Origin: Naegleria gruberi
Lineage: Eukaryota
Length of the DNA: 64,000 bases
Reading direction: 5' to 3' (one strand)
Assembly: GCA_000004985.1 (NCBI GenBank)
Contig: GG738895.1
Below are positions 11,376 through 23,094 of the stretch, one piece after another; within the stretch, counting starts at the first letter, position 1, and each line of letters begins with the position of its first letter. Both the position numbers and the translations under genes were made by a program. The notes under the pieces are model-generated. The model was not told the DNA's origin, ran no database searches, and saw only the letters and a program-made list of their open reading frames with translations.

Positions 11376-11606
11376 TTCTCGTTAATTTCTTGAAAATCAT
11401 CTATTTATTGATAATCTGAGGTGTTGTTTTAATAAGAGGAAAAATTACCTGAATCAATAATCTGCCACTCCATGTTCAGACACAATTTTGATTGTGCAAA
11501 TTGCCATGCAAGAAAGAAACAGTTAAACTTTCCTTAATACTTTCTTTGCGATTATTAATCCGCGTGCATTTTTCCAATTGTAAAAAAAATTCCAAAATCA
11601 CACCAA

Positions 11607-12445
11607 ATGTCCTCCTCTCAGTCTCCACCACCATCAGATAACACCAAGAAGGGATCCACCATTTCCCGAATCTTTTCAGTCTCTGATCAATTTGCAAATT
11701 ATTACTTTTATCACCAAAGTAAAACCAATCAGATTATTCACTTTATATTTGTACCTGTGATTGCATTTTCACTGATCATGTTGATTTTCCGAGTTGATTT
11801 GCAACATGTAGGAATTATTAAGAATATTTTGGTTGATGTTTTAGGCTTGGGAGCTGAATGGTGCAATTTGGCAACTGTTGCTTTTTGTTTTCTTGCTGTA
11901 TATTATTTGATTTTGGATTTGATTGCAGGAGTAGGTTTTTATTTTTTGATCAACCTTGCTGACCTTTTGTGTTTGATTTCACTTTAATTTTCATTTAATT
12001 TCGAATTTTGAAAATGACAGGCCTTGTTGAATGCCGAATTGTTTGCCATGCTTGTTATTTCTCGTCATCTCTTCTTAAAGTATAGTGAAGATCCAACACT
12101 TTATTTTGTTATTGCTGCTGTTTGTCAAGTTGTTGGTTGGGGTACTCAATTCTATGGCCATTATTTAGGTAAGTTTTCAAGAAGAAATTCTAAACTGAAC
12201 TATTCGAATCTAATAACCAATCGGATTAATAATTACATGAAATTTATTAATCAACTCGGTTTACAGAGGGTAAAAGACCTGCACTCATTGACAATGTTTT
12301 CCAAATCTTTATTGCTCCTCTCTTTGTCTTGTTCGAATTATTATTCATGTTGGGTCTTCGTTTGGATTTGAAGGAAATTGCTGAAAAGAAGTTGAAGGAA
12401 AAGAACCTTGCTGCTACCTATTCTAAACGTAACAAACAACAATAA
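11607..12445 (+). CDS. DUF962 / Mpo1-like membrane protein (2-hydroxy fatty-acid dioxygenase family); 3 exons (11607..11930, 12021..12168, 12267..12445)
   Basis: Exon 1 (..FANYYFYHQSKTNQIIHFIFVPVIAFSLIML..) matches the yeast YGL010W/Mpo1 N-terminus (FYKFYHHNPKNVLIHSIFVP). The joined exons 2-3 give GWGTQFYGHYLEGKRPALIDNVFQIFIAPLFVLFELLFMLG, matching [26 protein letters not shown]. Introns of 90 and 98 nt (GTAGGT..ACAG; GTAAGT..TTACAG) keep the frame. Confidence 0.75.
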
Positions 12446-12687
12446 ACCACACTCTCGATTGTACTTTAATAAATTCTTTCATCAATTTTTTCATCATCCA
12501 ACAAGAGAAAGTCAATAATCAAAAAATATCAAAACAATCGGATTAAGATAGAACACTCCAATCATCTAAACTCTCCCCAGATAAGACAAACAAAAAGAAG
12601 AGCTGCTACTTTCACTTTCTATTCTTCCCCTCTCTATCAAAATAAACCACATCACTAGTAACGGTTATAAATTCTAGAAATCAAAAA

Positions 12688-15636
12688 ATGCCAAGGAAAA
12701 GGAGTGTCTCTAGGAAGAAGAAAGCTCCAACAACAATAACGGACAATGATATTGATGACAATCCAGAAGAAGAAGAACAACAACAAAGGGATACAGCCTC
12801 ATCATCATCATCTTCGGAGGAGAATAATAAGGAATCAAGTGCGGAAGAGACTGACAAGGAAAAATCAACAAGTAATATCTTGAAGCAACAAGTGGACGAT
12901 AATACAATGCTGACTGATGAAGACGGAGCAAGCACAGCTAATAACACTTCTGTTGTCTTAGATCCAAATGATCACGATTTATCGAGTAGTGATGAAGGGA
13001 AGGAAGATGAGATTAATCATCCCACAACAACCTCTCCTCTTTTCAGAAGAAGAACCTCAACGGCCAATAAGAACAATAATCATCGACAATCATCATCATC
13101 TTCACCACCAGAGGAAACAGATCCAACCTCTCCGTCTAGTCCCTCCACTCTACAGATAGCAAACCATTCCCCCTCTAAAACCAACACGACTACATTAGCC
13201 TCCAATACAATAACAGCAGCAACTTCTGAAGGTAATAACCACAATTCACAAGATGTTCTCATTAAAAAGACAAGAACAACACGAAGAAAACCTCTACAAT
13301 CGCCCATCACTAAGAAACAAGACGACAACAATACTTCAGACAATGATGAAGACAAAACAACAACAATAGAACAACCATCAGAGTCCTCCAACGAATCGAG
13401 TAGTACATCCACAGCTGCTGCTGATACAACAACATCACTTGCTGAGGAGGATAATACAAACAACAATCAGATGGAAGACGATGATGCCTTCCTCACTCAT
13501 AAATCAGACTATGATAGTGATGAAGTTATTATTGAAACTCCAAAGAAGACCAGAGCCAACAAAAGAGGAAGAACACCACTTCCAAAATCCACTACAAAGG
13601 ACACAGACGAGCCAAAGAGTACAGAAGAGGCAACAATCACAACATCAACAACATCGGAACCTTCAGCTGATGAAAAGGAACAAAAAGAGATGGACACTAC
13701 AGAGGAAGATACAACAACAACATCAGTTGTAAAAAGAACACCAACGAGAACGAGAATTACCAAGAGTACGAAAAGAAAAGCAGCAGCTGCTGCCTCTTCA
13801 TCGGAAAGTGACAGTGATAATGAGTCAACCAAAGGTAAATCCAAACAAAGGAAACTTGATTCTAGACCACAAAGAAAGAGAGGAATGGAGACACCAGTTT
13901 CACAAAGATGCAATCCAACGACACCACAACCATCTCCAGGTCTTGCAAGACCAAGAAAGTTGGATGTTTCAAAAAAGTTGCTCATCTTACGAGGATCTGA
14001 TTTGAAAAACTTGGCAAGTTTGAAAAAGAAAGTAACTGCTGCAATCAATGAAGCAAAAAAGGCTGCCAATAAGGCAAGCCCAAAACGACCTGATTCAGAT
14101 GTGAGCAGATTGTCAGGAAATTTGACTGATTTGGATTTGAAACTTCTCACAGATGAGAGTATTTCTACTGGTACAGTCACTCTCATTGATAGTACAAGCC
14201 AATCTAATAAGAGGTATTTCAGAGACGCTGACGAATACGATGAATTTAAAGAGTTTAGAGATGGGACAATGATACACATTGATATTCCAAACGTTAGAAT
14301 CATTGAGGAAGAGCCAGCAGGACCACCTTTTAAGAGAACTTCGGAATTTATCAAATATGAAGATCCTGATAGATATGATCGTTCTACATTAACTCTTAAT
14401 CCTATCCCAGCTCAAGCTGATTTTGACATGTACAGTCATAGAAAGATTGACATTTCTGTAGAGTATAATATTGAGAGCGAAGATGAAGAGTGGCTCAATA
14501 ACTATAATAAGGATAGTAGGTATCCTCTCTCAGAGAAGGATTTTGAATCAATAATAGCATTAATGAATCGAGCCAGTAAGAATGGAAAGTCGTGTTGGTT
14601 TTCTGTTGCTTCAGTGATAGAGTTGAGCCGATTTTTTGATGTCAGGCTGGAGGAGCGTCACATTGTACAAGTTAAAAAATTATGGGAATCCAAATACAAC
14701 CCACAACACAAGTTGTTCAAGAGTGAAGAGCTTCAGAAACGAATTGAAAATGAAAATTTACTCTATGAATACATGTGTGTAAAACAACAATTGAATACAT
14801 ACAAGGAAAGAGTAGAGCAAATCATGGGAATTTCTGAACAAAAGAAGGAGCTTTTGGACAAACACTCAAAACTAATGAAGAGAAAGAACTATAGTGTCAC
14901 AAAGGACTTTCCAAAATTTGTAACCAAATATTCTAAATTAACTTATGATGAAGAAACGGAAACCAATTCAGATGACGATGAATCCGGTGACATTTCAAAC
15001 AAATTAGAGGAAGAGCAAATCCTCAAAGACTCATTTCCTGCCGATCAAGTAGAAATTGAACTTTTCATTGCTGAAGAAAAAAAAGAGGAAGAAGAGAGAA
15101 AAAAATCCAACCAAAAAGTAACAAAATCGTGGAAGAACAAGGGGTGTGATAATCTGGAAGAGCAACACGATGAATCAACTCTCGAAAGTACAGAATTCAA
15201 CAGTAGTTCTAATGAACCTTATTCTCCACTGAGTTCAGTTCCCTCCTCTCTAGCTTCCCTAATTATTCCACCACTTCCTCCCATTTTAACTAAGAATTTA
15301 TCCAATATTCAAACACCTGAAAGTACCTCAACAAATATCGACACACCTACCTCTGCAATTTCCAACTCGGATGATCTTCATTCAACAAAGAGAAGGACCA
15401 GAAAAAAGAGAATGGATTCTGGGACTCCTACATCTAATGTTTCTCGCACTCCAACCTCTGCCTCGAATATGGATTTTCAACAATCATTTGACGAATCTTC
15501 CTCGCTGATCTCATCCCCAACTCCTTCTGATATTGTACCACCACTTCTAGAAGCTTCTTCTCCATTACCATCTCCCAATAATAATGGTAACATGATGAGG
15601 CGAAGAAAAAAACGTTCTAAAATTGTAATCAATTAA
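12688..15636 (+). CDS. Enhancer-of-polycomb-like protein (EPC N-terminal domain) with long S/T/N/D/E-rich low-complexity N-terminal half
   Basis: 982-aa ATG ORF. The segment IHIDIPNVRIIEEEPAGPPFKRTSEFIKYEDPDRYDRSTLTLNPIPAQADFDMYSHRKIDISVEYNIESEDEEWLNNYN..LSEKDFESIIALMN matches the EPcA/Epc-N signature (Y.MD.eDeeWL...N....LSe.dFE.i.d.lE). The rest is compositionally biased. Confidence 0.55.
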   Translation: MPRKRSVSRKKKAPTTITDNDIDDNPEEEEQQQRDTASSSSSSEENNKESSAEETDKEKSTSNILKQQVDDNTMLTDEDGASTANNTSVVLDPNDHDLSSSDEGKEDEINHPTTTSPLFRRRTSTANKNNNHRQSSSSSPPEETDPTSPSSPSTLQIANHSPSKTNTTTLASNTITAATSEGNNHNSQDVLIKKTRTTRRKPLQSPITKKQDDNNTSDNDEDKTTTIEQPSESSNESSSTSTAAADTTTSLAEEDNTNNNQMEDDDAFLTHKSDYDSDEVIIETPKKTRANKRGRTPLPKSTTKDTDEPKSTEEATITTSTTSEPSADEKEQKEMDTTEEDTTTTSVVKRTPTRTRITKSTKRKAAAAASSSESDSDNESTKGKSKQRKLDSRPQRKRGMETPVSQRCNPTTPQPSPGLARPRKLDVSKKLLILRGSDLKNLASLKKKVTAAINEAKKAANKASPKRPDSDVSRLSGNLTDLDLKLLTDESISTGTVTLIDSTSQSNKRYFRDADEYDEFKEFRDGTMIHIDIPNVRIIEEEPAGPPFKRTSEFIKYEDPDRYDRSTLTLNPIPAQADFDMYSHRKIDISVEYNIESEDEEWLNNYNKDSRYPLSEKDFESIIALMNRASKNGKSCWFSVASVIELSRFFDVRLEERHIVQVKKLWESKYNPQHKLFKSEELQKRIENENLLYEYMCVKQQLNTYKERVEQIMGISEQKKELLDKHSKLMKRKNYSVTKDFPKFVTKYSKLTYDEETETNSDDDESGDISNKLEEEQILKDSFPADQVEIELFIAEEKKEEEERKKSNQKVTKSWKNKGCDNLEEQHDESTLESTEFNSSSNEPYSPLSSVPSSLASLIIPPLPPILTKNLSNIQTPESTSTNIDTPTSAISNSDDLHSTKRRTRKKRMDSGTPTSNVSRTPTSASNMDFQQSFDESSSLISSPTPSDIVPPLLEASSPLPSPNNNGNMMRRRKKRSKIVIN

Positions 15637-15719
15637 TCAATTTATTAAGCACACATCTAGGTATGCAAATAATGTGTTTTTAATACAGTTTCACATAATA
15701 AAACACATTACTTGTTTTT

Positions 15720-16088
15720 TTAAATACCTGTTTTAGTGACGTGTGGCATTGGATGATTATCGACGTGATGTCTATGACCACCTTCAGCTTGATGCAATTC
15801 CAATTCTTCAAATGGAATGGACAAGTAATAATCAACTTTTTCCTTATCCTTCATAACGAAAGGTTCATTGAAAATTCGAGTTCTCTTATTATTATCTGAA
15901 ATGTCAAGACGAGACAACCTCAACTTGGCACTACCTTTGGTTTTTGGTCCAAAAGTGTGAGATTTGTATCGAGGAATGATATGAGTAACTTCCTCCTCAT
16001 AATGATCGTCTTCACTCTTGTAAATGGCAGTTACAATAGTATCAGTGTTAGTGTTATTGGTAATGTTTGAAGCAAATAATCTACCCAT
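15720..16088 (-). CDS. Hypothetical 122-aa protein
   Basis: ATG-initiated intact ORF (MGRLFASNITNN..HPMPHVTKTGI). Sits in a compact gene context. No family recognised. Confidence 0.4.
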   Translation of the reverse strand: MGRLFASNITNNTNTDTIVTAIYKSEDDHYEEEVTHIIPRYKSHTFGPKTKGSAKLRLSRLDISDNNKRTRIFNEPFVMKDKEKVDYYLSIPFEELELHQAEGGHRHHVDNHPMPHVTKTGI

Positions 16089-16570
16089 TTTTTCTCTTGA
16101 ATTGAATTGTTACAATGCAACTCCATTGCGGCAACAATTTATTTCAATCCTTTATACAATTTTGGAAATTCTATCAATAAGGAAACTCTATTGAATTGAA
16201 ACTATTCTCTGATTTGAAAATAATAATACTCTTCTTTCACCACCAATTTTTTCATCTCTCCAATCATCATCATCAGTTTACTTTTTACCTAACTGCACTT
16301 AACTCTCATCAACTACAGTTGAGGTTGCACAATCCTTGGAATTTTTCCACTCTTGCGACAAAAGTGCATCCAAAATTTTTACTCCCTCACAGCATGTCCT
16401 GTAAGACAAATGAAAAGTTGTTTATTGAACATCATCGCAGATTCTTACTGGCATTTCGCACATTAGAACATATTTAAGCCAATCATCATGCATGCAACAT
16501 TCTTCAATTTAAACACAAAAAAACAACAAGATAGCGACAATTTTATATCCACATCATATTATCATCAAAC

Positions 16571-17789
16571 AATGAGCGAAGATACAACATTTAATCCAAT
16601 TAGTGTTACTGCTTATGCAGTTGGTGAGAAGAAGGACTCTCAAAAATTGGTTTCCTTTGATAAGGTTGAAAAGCAAGTTAAGAGCATTGGTCCAAATCAT
16701 GTATTTGTTGAATTGATTTGTAGTAGTATTTGTCATACGGACTGGTTTACTTTTGGATCGAAAGGTGCTGTTCCTGGACACGAAATGGTATGTAACTTTT
16801 TAATCAATTGGTTGAAATTAACATGGTAAATTGTGTGAATGAAACAACATTTACTTAATTCAGGTTGGTATTGTTAAGCATATTGGAGAAAATGTCGCCC
16901 ATGAAGGTAAAATCAAAGTTGGCATGCGTGTTGGTATGGGATATCAATTTACTTCATGTCGTCATTGTGAAACTTGCACTAATAATTTGGAAAATTTGTG
17001 TGATAGCTCCAAACCATTTTACACAGCTCCAATTGGTGGAGGATACCAAACAGGAGTTGTTTGGGATGCTCACTTTGTCTTCCCAATTCCAGATAACTTG
17101 AAATCCATCCATGCTGCTCCATTGCTCTGTGCTGGTGCCACTGTCTTTACTGCATTGCACAGATATACAAAGAATCCTCAATATAAGGTTCCAGGTAAAC
17201 CACTCAGTTGTGCAGTGTTGGGATTGGGAGGTCTTGGACATTTGGCCATTCAATACGCTAAAAAGATGGGTTTGCATGTTACTGCATTGAGTACTACTGC
17301 TAGTAAGGAGGAAGAATGCAGATCGTTTGGAGCTGATGAATTTTATGTTCACACCACTGAAGAAGCAAAGACAACTTTAGCATCAAAGTTTGATATTATT
17401 TTGAATACTGTTAGTGGAGATATTGAACTTGATAAGTTTATTGTCATGTTGAGACCTTATGGTCAATTGTGCATGTTGGGTCTTCGTAAGTATTTAACAA
17501 GATTATCAAATTGTGAAATTAACGTAATTTAGCATCAAATCCAAGATATGACTTGTCAGCATTTTCTCTCATTCTGAAGGCTCGTTCCTTGGTCTCTTCT
17601 GTCATTGGTTCTCCAGAAGAATTGAATTTAATGTTGAAGTTCAGTGCTGATCACGATATTAAACCACAAGTTGAGTTGACCACTTTGGATAAAGTTGGTG
17701 AAGCAATTGAAAAGGTTAATTCCAATAAGGTTAGATATAGAATGGTTATGATTGTCAATCAAGAACAAGTTGATAAGGAAAATCAATAA
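16571..17789 (+). CDS. Zinc-dependent alcohol dehydrogenase (MDR family, cinnamyl/mannitol-DH-like); 3 exons (16571..16787, 16864..17485, 17533..17789)
   Basis: Exon 1 ends ..CHTDWFTFGSKGAVPGHEM|GTATGT, and exon 2 starts VGIVKHIG.., reconstituting the classic GHE-VG-V motif. Also present are the structural-Zn cysteines CRHCETCTNNLENLC, a Rossmann GLGGLGHLA, and a C-terminal exon after a 47-nt GTAAGT..TTTAG intron. Introns are 76 and 47 nt. Confidence 0.8.
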
Positions 17790-18337
17790 ATTATTTCAAT
17801 TATTTTTTAGCAATTTATTCAATCATTATCACAAACGACAATAAAATTGGTATTAAATTAAATGTTCTAAAACACAGAATGCTTACATATTGTTTAAGGT
17901 CTTTGTTCGTGAATCAGCTGGTCGTTCCAGATGCTAGTATTTTGCTTGTGGTTTCTTTGATTATGATGTTGTGACATGAAGTCTAATTGATTTCAATCTT
18001 TCATATCTTTACAATAAAAATTCAATAAAATTGTAAAAACAAATTCAATGTTGAGGAAGTGGACAAACCTCAGGACCACCTCGCACATTTTTCACAAAAC
18101 CCAATAATGATCGTAGTCAATCAGCTCAAAGTTCTCAATGTTGTGCGTACTCCTCTTATAAAATTGCACGCGCCATTATTTTGCACCTTAAAAATGCGCA
18201 AGATTTCATCACAAACTTTTAAAAACACAAAAAAATAGCAACAAGTCCTCACACCTATTGCCTCTCGCTGTTGTATTTTCCTGAATCAAATTGATCACAC
18301 ACAAAACTTGAAATCATTATAAGAAAAACAAATCATC

Positions 18338-19366
18338 ATGGAATTGCTTCTCTCATCTGTACAAAATTGTTCAACTACACAATTATCTGCTGTAGCAGCT
18401 GCTGGTCTCGGAGTGTTGTATTTGGGAAAGAAACACTTTAATGGAGGAGTTGTTCCTTCTGAATTACTCAAGGCAACATCTTTGCAGGGAAAGACAATTA
18501 TTGTAACTGGTGCTAGTCCGAATGGAATTGGATATGAAACTTGTAAGATTTTGCACTCATTGGGAGCTACTGTTATTTTGGGAGTTCGTAGTGAAAGAAA
18601 TGGAGCCGAATCTAAAAAGTTGATCATTCAAGAGAATGGAGGTGGTGCTGAACGTTTGGTTGTCATGTTAATGGATCTGACTGATTTGGAATCCGTTAAG
18701 AAATTCACAGAAGAATTCAAGTCAAAATTTACCACTTTAGATATTTTGATTAATAATGCTGGCATCATGATGTGTCCATATGCTACAACAAAGCAAAATA
18801 TAGAGATTCAATTTGGTACTAATCACTTAGGTCACTTCTTACTCACTCTTTTACTTTTAGATATGATTAAGAAATCTAATGGAAGAGTTGTTAACTTGTC
18901 ATCATTGGCTGCTTCATATATCAAGAAGGAAAGTGATGTTAAGGGATTCTGTTCATTCAAAGAAGAAACTGTCACTGGAAATTCAAGCAAATTAGCTAGT
19001 GAATATCAATTGTACTATAGATCCAAAATGGCCAATATTTTATTCACAAAGAGACTTGCTCGTGAATTAGCTAAGGACAGTTCAGCAACTTCCTATGCAT
19101 GCCATCCCGGCTTAGTCCGCACACAATTATCGAGACACCTTAGTATTGCTATAATCTTTGCTCCAATTAGCTGGTACTTTACAAAGTCACCTGAACAAGG
19201 AGCTCAAACAAGTATCTACACAGCCATTGAAGATAAGAAGAAACTTAAATCTGGTAATTATTATGCTGATTGTATTGAAAAGATTGGAAATAACTTTGAG
19301 GATGATATTAAATTGCAAGATCAATTGTGGCAAACAAGTTTGGACCTTTGTAAGAATTATTTGTAA
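18338..19366 (+). CDS. Short-chain dehydrogenase/reductase (retinol-dehydrogenase-like)
   Basis: TGASPNGIGYET (TGxxxGIG cofactor motif), NNAG, and the catalytic YxxxK (YYRSK). 342 aa, ATG verified. Confidence 0.8.
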   Translation: MELLLSSVQNCSTTQLSAVAAAGLGVLYLGKKHFNGGVVPSELLKATSLQGKTIIVTGASPNGIGYETCKILHSLGATVILGVRSERNGAESKKLIIQENGGGAERLVVMLMDLTDLESVKKFTEEFKSKFTTLDILINNAGIMMCPYATTKQNIEIQFGTNHLGHFLLTLLLLDMIKKSNGRVVNLSSLAASYIKKESDVKGFCSFKEETVTGNSSKLASEYQLYYRSKMANILFTKRLARELAKDSSATSYACHPGLVRTQLSRHLSIAIIFAPISWYFTKSPEQGAQTSIYTAIEDKKKLKSGNYYADCIEKIGNNFEDDIKLQDQLWQTSLDLCKNYL

Positions 19367-19656
19367 GTGTTGGCAAGAAATGAAAATAATAAATTGTAAA
19401 TTTATTAATGTAGAGTTGTGAGGAACGATGTAACATTGGTATTTCGAAAAAATTGTTAACAATACTCATATTTTCAAAAAAATTACAAATGTAGACAATG
19501 ACCAAAATTCCACTTCATTTCCTGATTAATCTTATTTACAGAATCCAAAAAGTTCCAGCAAGCAAAACTCCCTTAAAATATTTCTCATCAAAAAAAAAAG
19601 AATCAACAACTCCTTGTTTTTAAATATCTTTGAAATCACACAACCAAAAGAGAATC

Positions 19657-21903
19657 ATGTCTTCTGATCATCAACAGACTCGTCATCGGGTGGGTCAACA
19701 CGTAGACGATGGTGATGATGATGAATTAATGAGTACAGATAATGGGCTATCCAATAATCATCAGCATCATCATCATCTTCAGGAAGGAGATCATCATAAT
19801 ATAATTATTAAACATAATCATCACGAACATGGCTCTGATGATGATTTGGAGTTGAAAAATCAACAGAGAAATCGCTCCGAAGAGGATTTGGGTTTGAATT
19901 ACTCGCAATCAATGAATACCTTTGATGAAAATTCGAATATGATCAATGATGAAGAAGAATCAAACGAACAAGATTCGAGTGAAAAAAGGAAGGAATCATC
20001 AACGATACCAACCACACCAGCACCTACCAATAATCATCAAAGGCAACAGTGGGGATCTCGTCTTTCCTTCATCTTGGCTACAATTGGAGCTGCTATTGGC
20101 TTTGGAAGTTTTGTTAGATTTCCATATCTTGCTTACAAGCAAGGAGGAGGTGCTTTCCTAATTCCATATACTGTTTGTTTAATTGTTTTGGGTATTCCAC
20201 TGTTAATTCTCGAGTTGAGTATGGGACAATTATTGAGGAAGAGTAGTATCAAAGCTCTCGGATTGTTGAACAATCGTATGAGAGGTTTGGGAGTTGCTGC
20301 TGTTCTATTTGGAGGATTTGGAATTTGTACTTATTATAGTGTTTTGATTTCTTGGATTTTTGTCTATTTCTATCACATGTTTGCATGGGAACTTCCTTGG
20401 AAAGGAAAAACTGAAGAATATTTCTATGATGTGATTTTGAGACGTAGTTCTGGTGATACAGTTGTGAGTGAATTGAATATTGCCATTACTGTTTCATTGT
20501 TTTTAGTGTGGGTTTCAGTTTACTGTGGTGTTTGGAAGGGAACTAGCTCAACAGGAATAATCACGTATATTACTGTTCCACTCCCAATATTATTGCTATT
20601 AATCTTGTTGATTACTAGTTTCTTTTTGGAGGGAAGTTGGACAGGAATGTACTATTTCATCAAGCCAGATTTTACAAAGATTTTGAATGTGGAAATTTGG
20701 TTAACTGCAGCTGGTCAGGTATTCTTTTCATTGAGTTTGGCCAGTGGTACCATGATTGCTCTGTCATCCTACAATGATCCAAAGCAAAATATTGTCAAAG
20801 ATGCTTGGATTATTGGTTTGTCCACTTACATTTTCAGTATTTTTGCTGGATTTTGCATGTTTGCTATTTTGGGATATATGGCCCATTCTAAGGGTGTTGA
20901 AATTGATCATATTGTTCAAGGAGGTTTGGCATTGGCCTTTGTTGTCATTCCTGAAGCTATTACCTTAATGCCAGCTTCACATGTTTTTTGCATCTTGTTC
21001 CTTGTTGCCATGTATACTCTTGCTATTGACAGCTGTTTTGGTATGATTGAAGGTGTTAATGCAGTAATTCATGATGCTTTTCCAAATCTCAAATTGCATT
21101 GGATTTCTTTAGTGACTTGTTTTTTGGGATTCATTTTTGGTATTCCATATTGTTTAGACAAGTAAGTATATTGATTTTTTTAGTTGGGTTTACTGAACTA
21201 CTTCAGTGGATACTATTTGATGGATATTGTGGACCATTACTTGAGTGATTTCTGTTTGGTATTGTCAGCTATTGGACAATGTATTGTTGTAGGATATTTG
21301 ATTTCAGACGAATCAGTAATTGCCAGAGTTAGGAAACAATGGAGAGAATACTCTTCTTCATCTTATGCCAATGTTGAAGAAGGTAATGCTACACCAATTG
21401 ATTCATCAGAGCAGCCAGCCACCAGACCTACTCCTCAATGGAAACTCAGAGTGAAAAAGTATCTTTCTCTCACTGATACCATTCTTTTCCATAGTATTGA
21501 TGAATTCAGACTTCGTATCAAGAAGGTCTGTAATTTTGGACCTCACAAAGAGTGGAGCATTTTCATCAAGTATATTGGACCAATTATTTTATTAATCTTG
21601 TTGATTATTCAGTTGGTTAAGGAAATCACCTCACCTTACTCTACAAAAGGTTCAGATTCAAAGGAATTCGACTGGCTCTCTCTCACAATTGGATTATGTA
21701 TCATATTTGGATATTTGGGTACTTTTACTATCTTTGCCATCTTCCCTCGATTGGCCACTCAAAAATCTGAAGATCCTGGAAATTCGTGGAGAGCTGTTTT
21801 GGACAAATATGAAAAGGAAGATTCTGAAAAAGAAGAAGAATCCAAAACTAATAATCTGGAGGAAGAATTACAAAATGTCGTTCCATCCACTCCTCAAGAA
21901 TAA
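19657..21903 (+). CDS. Sodium:neurotransmitter symporter family (SLC6) transporter; 2 exons (19657..21161, 21207..21903)
   Basis: WGSRLSFILATIGAAIGFGSFVRFPYLAYKQGGGAFLIPY is the hallmark SLC6 TM1 motif, and the protein is multi-TM. The first ATG is 19657 (track start 19630 is TTG). The two track ORFs are in the same frame and are joined by a 45-nt GTAAGT..CTTCAG intron with a TACTGAAC branch-like element. Confidence 0.8.
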
Positions 21904-22077
21904 TTGTAATATATTTGCATAACTTTTATTTTTGATTCATTAACATTGTGATTACATTAAATTCAATTATAATTATAATCTTAATATCCTTGCATGCATG
22001 AAAATGTTTCATTAATAGACGTTGATTAAATATTATTAAATATTATTAAATATTAAATTATTAAATTATTAAAAAAA

Positions 22078-23048
22078 ATGCTCAAAACCTCCAATCGTCT
22101 CTCCTCTCTTGTTTCTTGTCAAGCTTTAAAGGAAGCCATCAACAAGACAAGCAATATTAAAATTATTGACGGATCATGGCATATGCCAGCCATGAAACGT
22201 AATGGCTATGAAGAATATTTAAAAGAACACATTCCGAATGCTAGATTTTTTGATATTGATGGATTGAGTGATCAAAACACTGATTTGCCACACATGTTCC
22301 CTTCTGTTGAATTGTTTGAGAAGAGCATTACAGAAATGGGTATTGAAAATACTGATCAAATTGTTGTATATGATACTGCCTTTACTTCAGCATTCAGAGT
22401 TTGGTATACGTTTAAAGTTTTTGGACATGAAGGGAAGGTTAGCTTGTTGGATGGTGGATTAACCAAGTGGAAGCTATTGGGCTATCCTATCGAAAGTGGA
22501 AAACCAAATATTACTCCATCATCTCATCCGTACAAGGCCAAATATCAATCGGATTTTGTTGCAAGAATGGACGAAATTTTGGATAATTTGAATAATCAAA
22601 AATCATACATTGTTGGTATGTAATATTATTAGTGGAATATTAGTGAGATATGATACTATTTATTATACACTGAATAGATGCTAGATCAGCTGAAAGATTT
22701 AATGGAACTCAACCAGAACCTCGTCCAAATTTAAAGAGTGGACACATTCCAAATTCTTTCAATATTCCATTCCCAACTCTTGTCAATCCAGAAGATAAAA
22801 CTTTCAAGACAGATGAAGAGATTTTGAAATTATTCCAAAACTCTGGTTTGAACATTCAATACATTAATGATAAGATTGTAATTGACAAGCCAATTATTGG
22901 AAGTTGTGGAAGTGGTGTAACTGCTTGTGCCTTGCTCTATTCCCTTAATCTTCTTGGTGTTTCTCTTGATAAACTTCGTATTTATGATGGCTCCTTCTCG
23001 GAGTACGGAAAGGAATCATTCACCAATCCAGTTTCCCAAAGAAAATAA
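22078..23048 (+). CDS. Rhodanese/3-mercaptopyruvate sulfurtransferase (two rhodanese domains); 2 exons (22078..22615, 22678..23048)
   Basis: Domain 1 is inactive. Domain 2 carries the active-site CGSGVTA (MST-type CG[ST]GVTA). Exons are joined over a 62-nt GTATGT..AATAG intron, giving ..SYIVG|DARSAERFNG.. in frame. Confidence 0.8.
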
Positions 23049-23094
23049 GTTTCAACAAGTTCCACACATCATTCACATTTCACTCAAAAAAAAA

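Noticed and set aside
12681-14354. Long antisense ORFs (88, 73, 128, 281 aa) overlapping the EPC-like gene
   Set aside because: They lie opposite a low-complexity S/T/E/D-rich coding region whose codon repeats generate stop-free antisense frames. They have no motifs and start at non-ATG codons.
21162-21183. A 22-nt GTAAGT..TTTAG intron joining the two SLC6 ORFs
   Set aside because: It gives a frameshift and an immediate stop. The two ORFs are in the same frame, and a 45-nt intron (21162-21206) ending CTTCAG, with a TACTGAAC branch-like element, joins them in frame.
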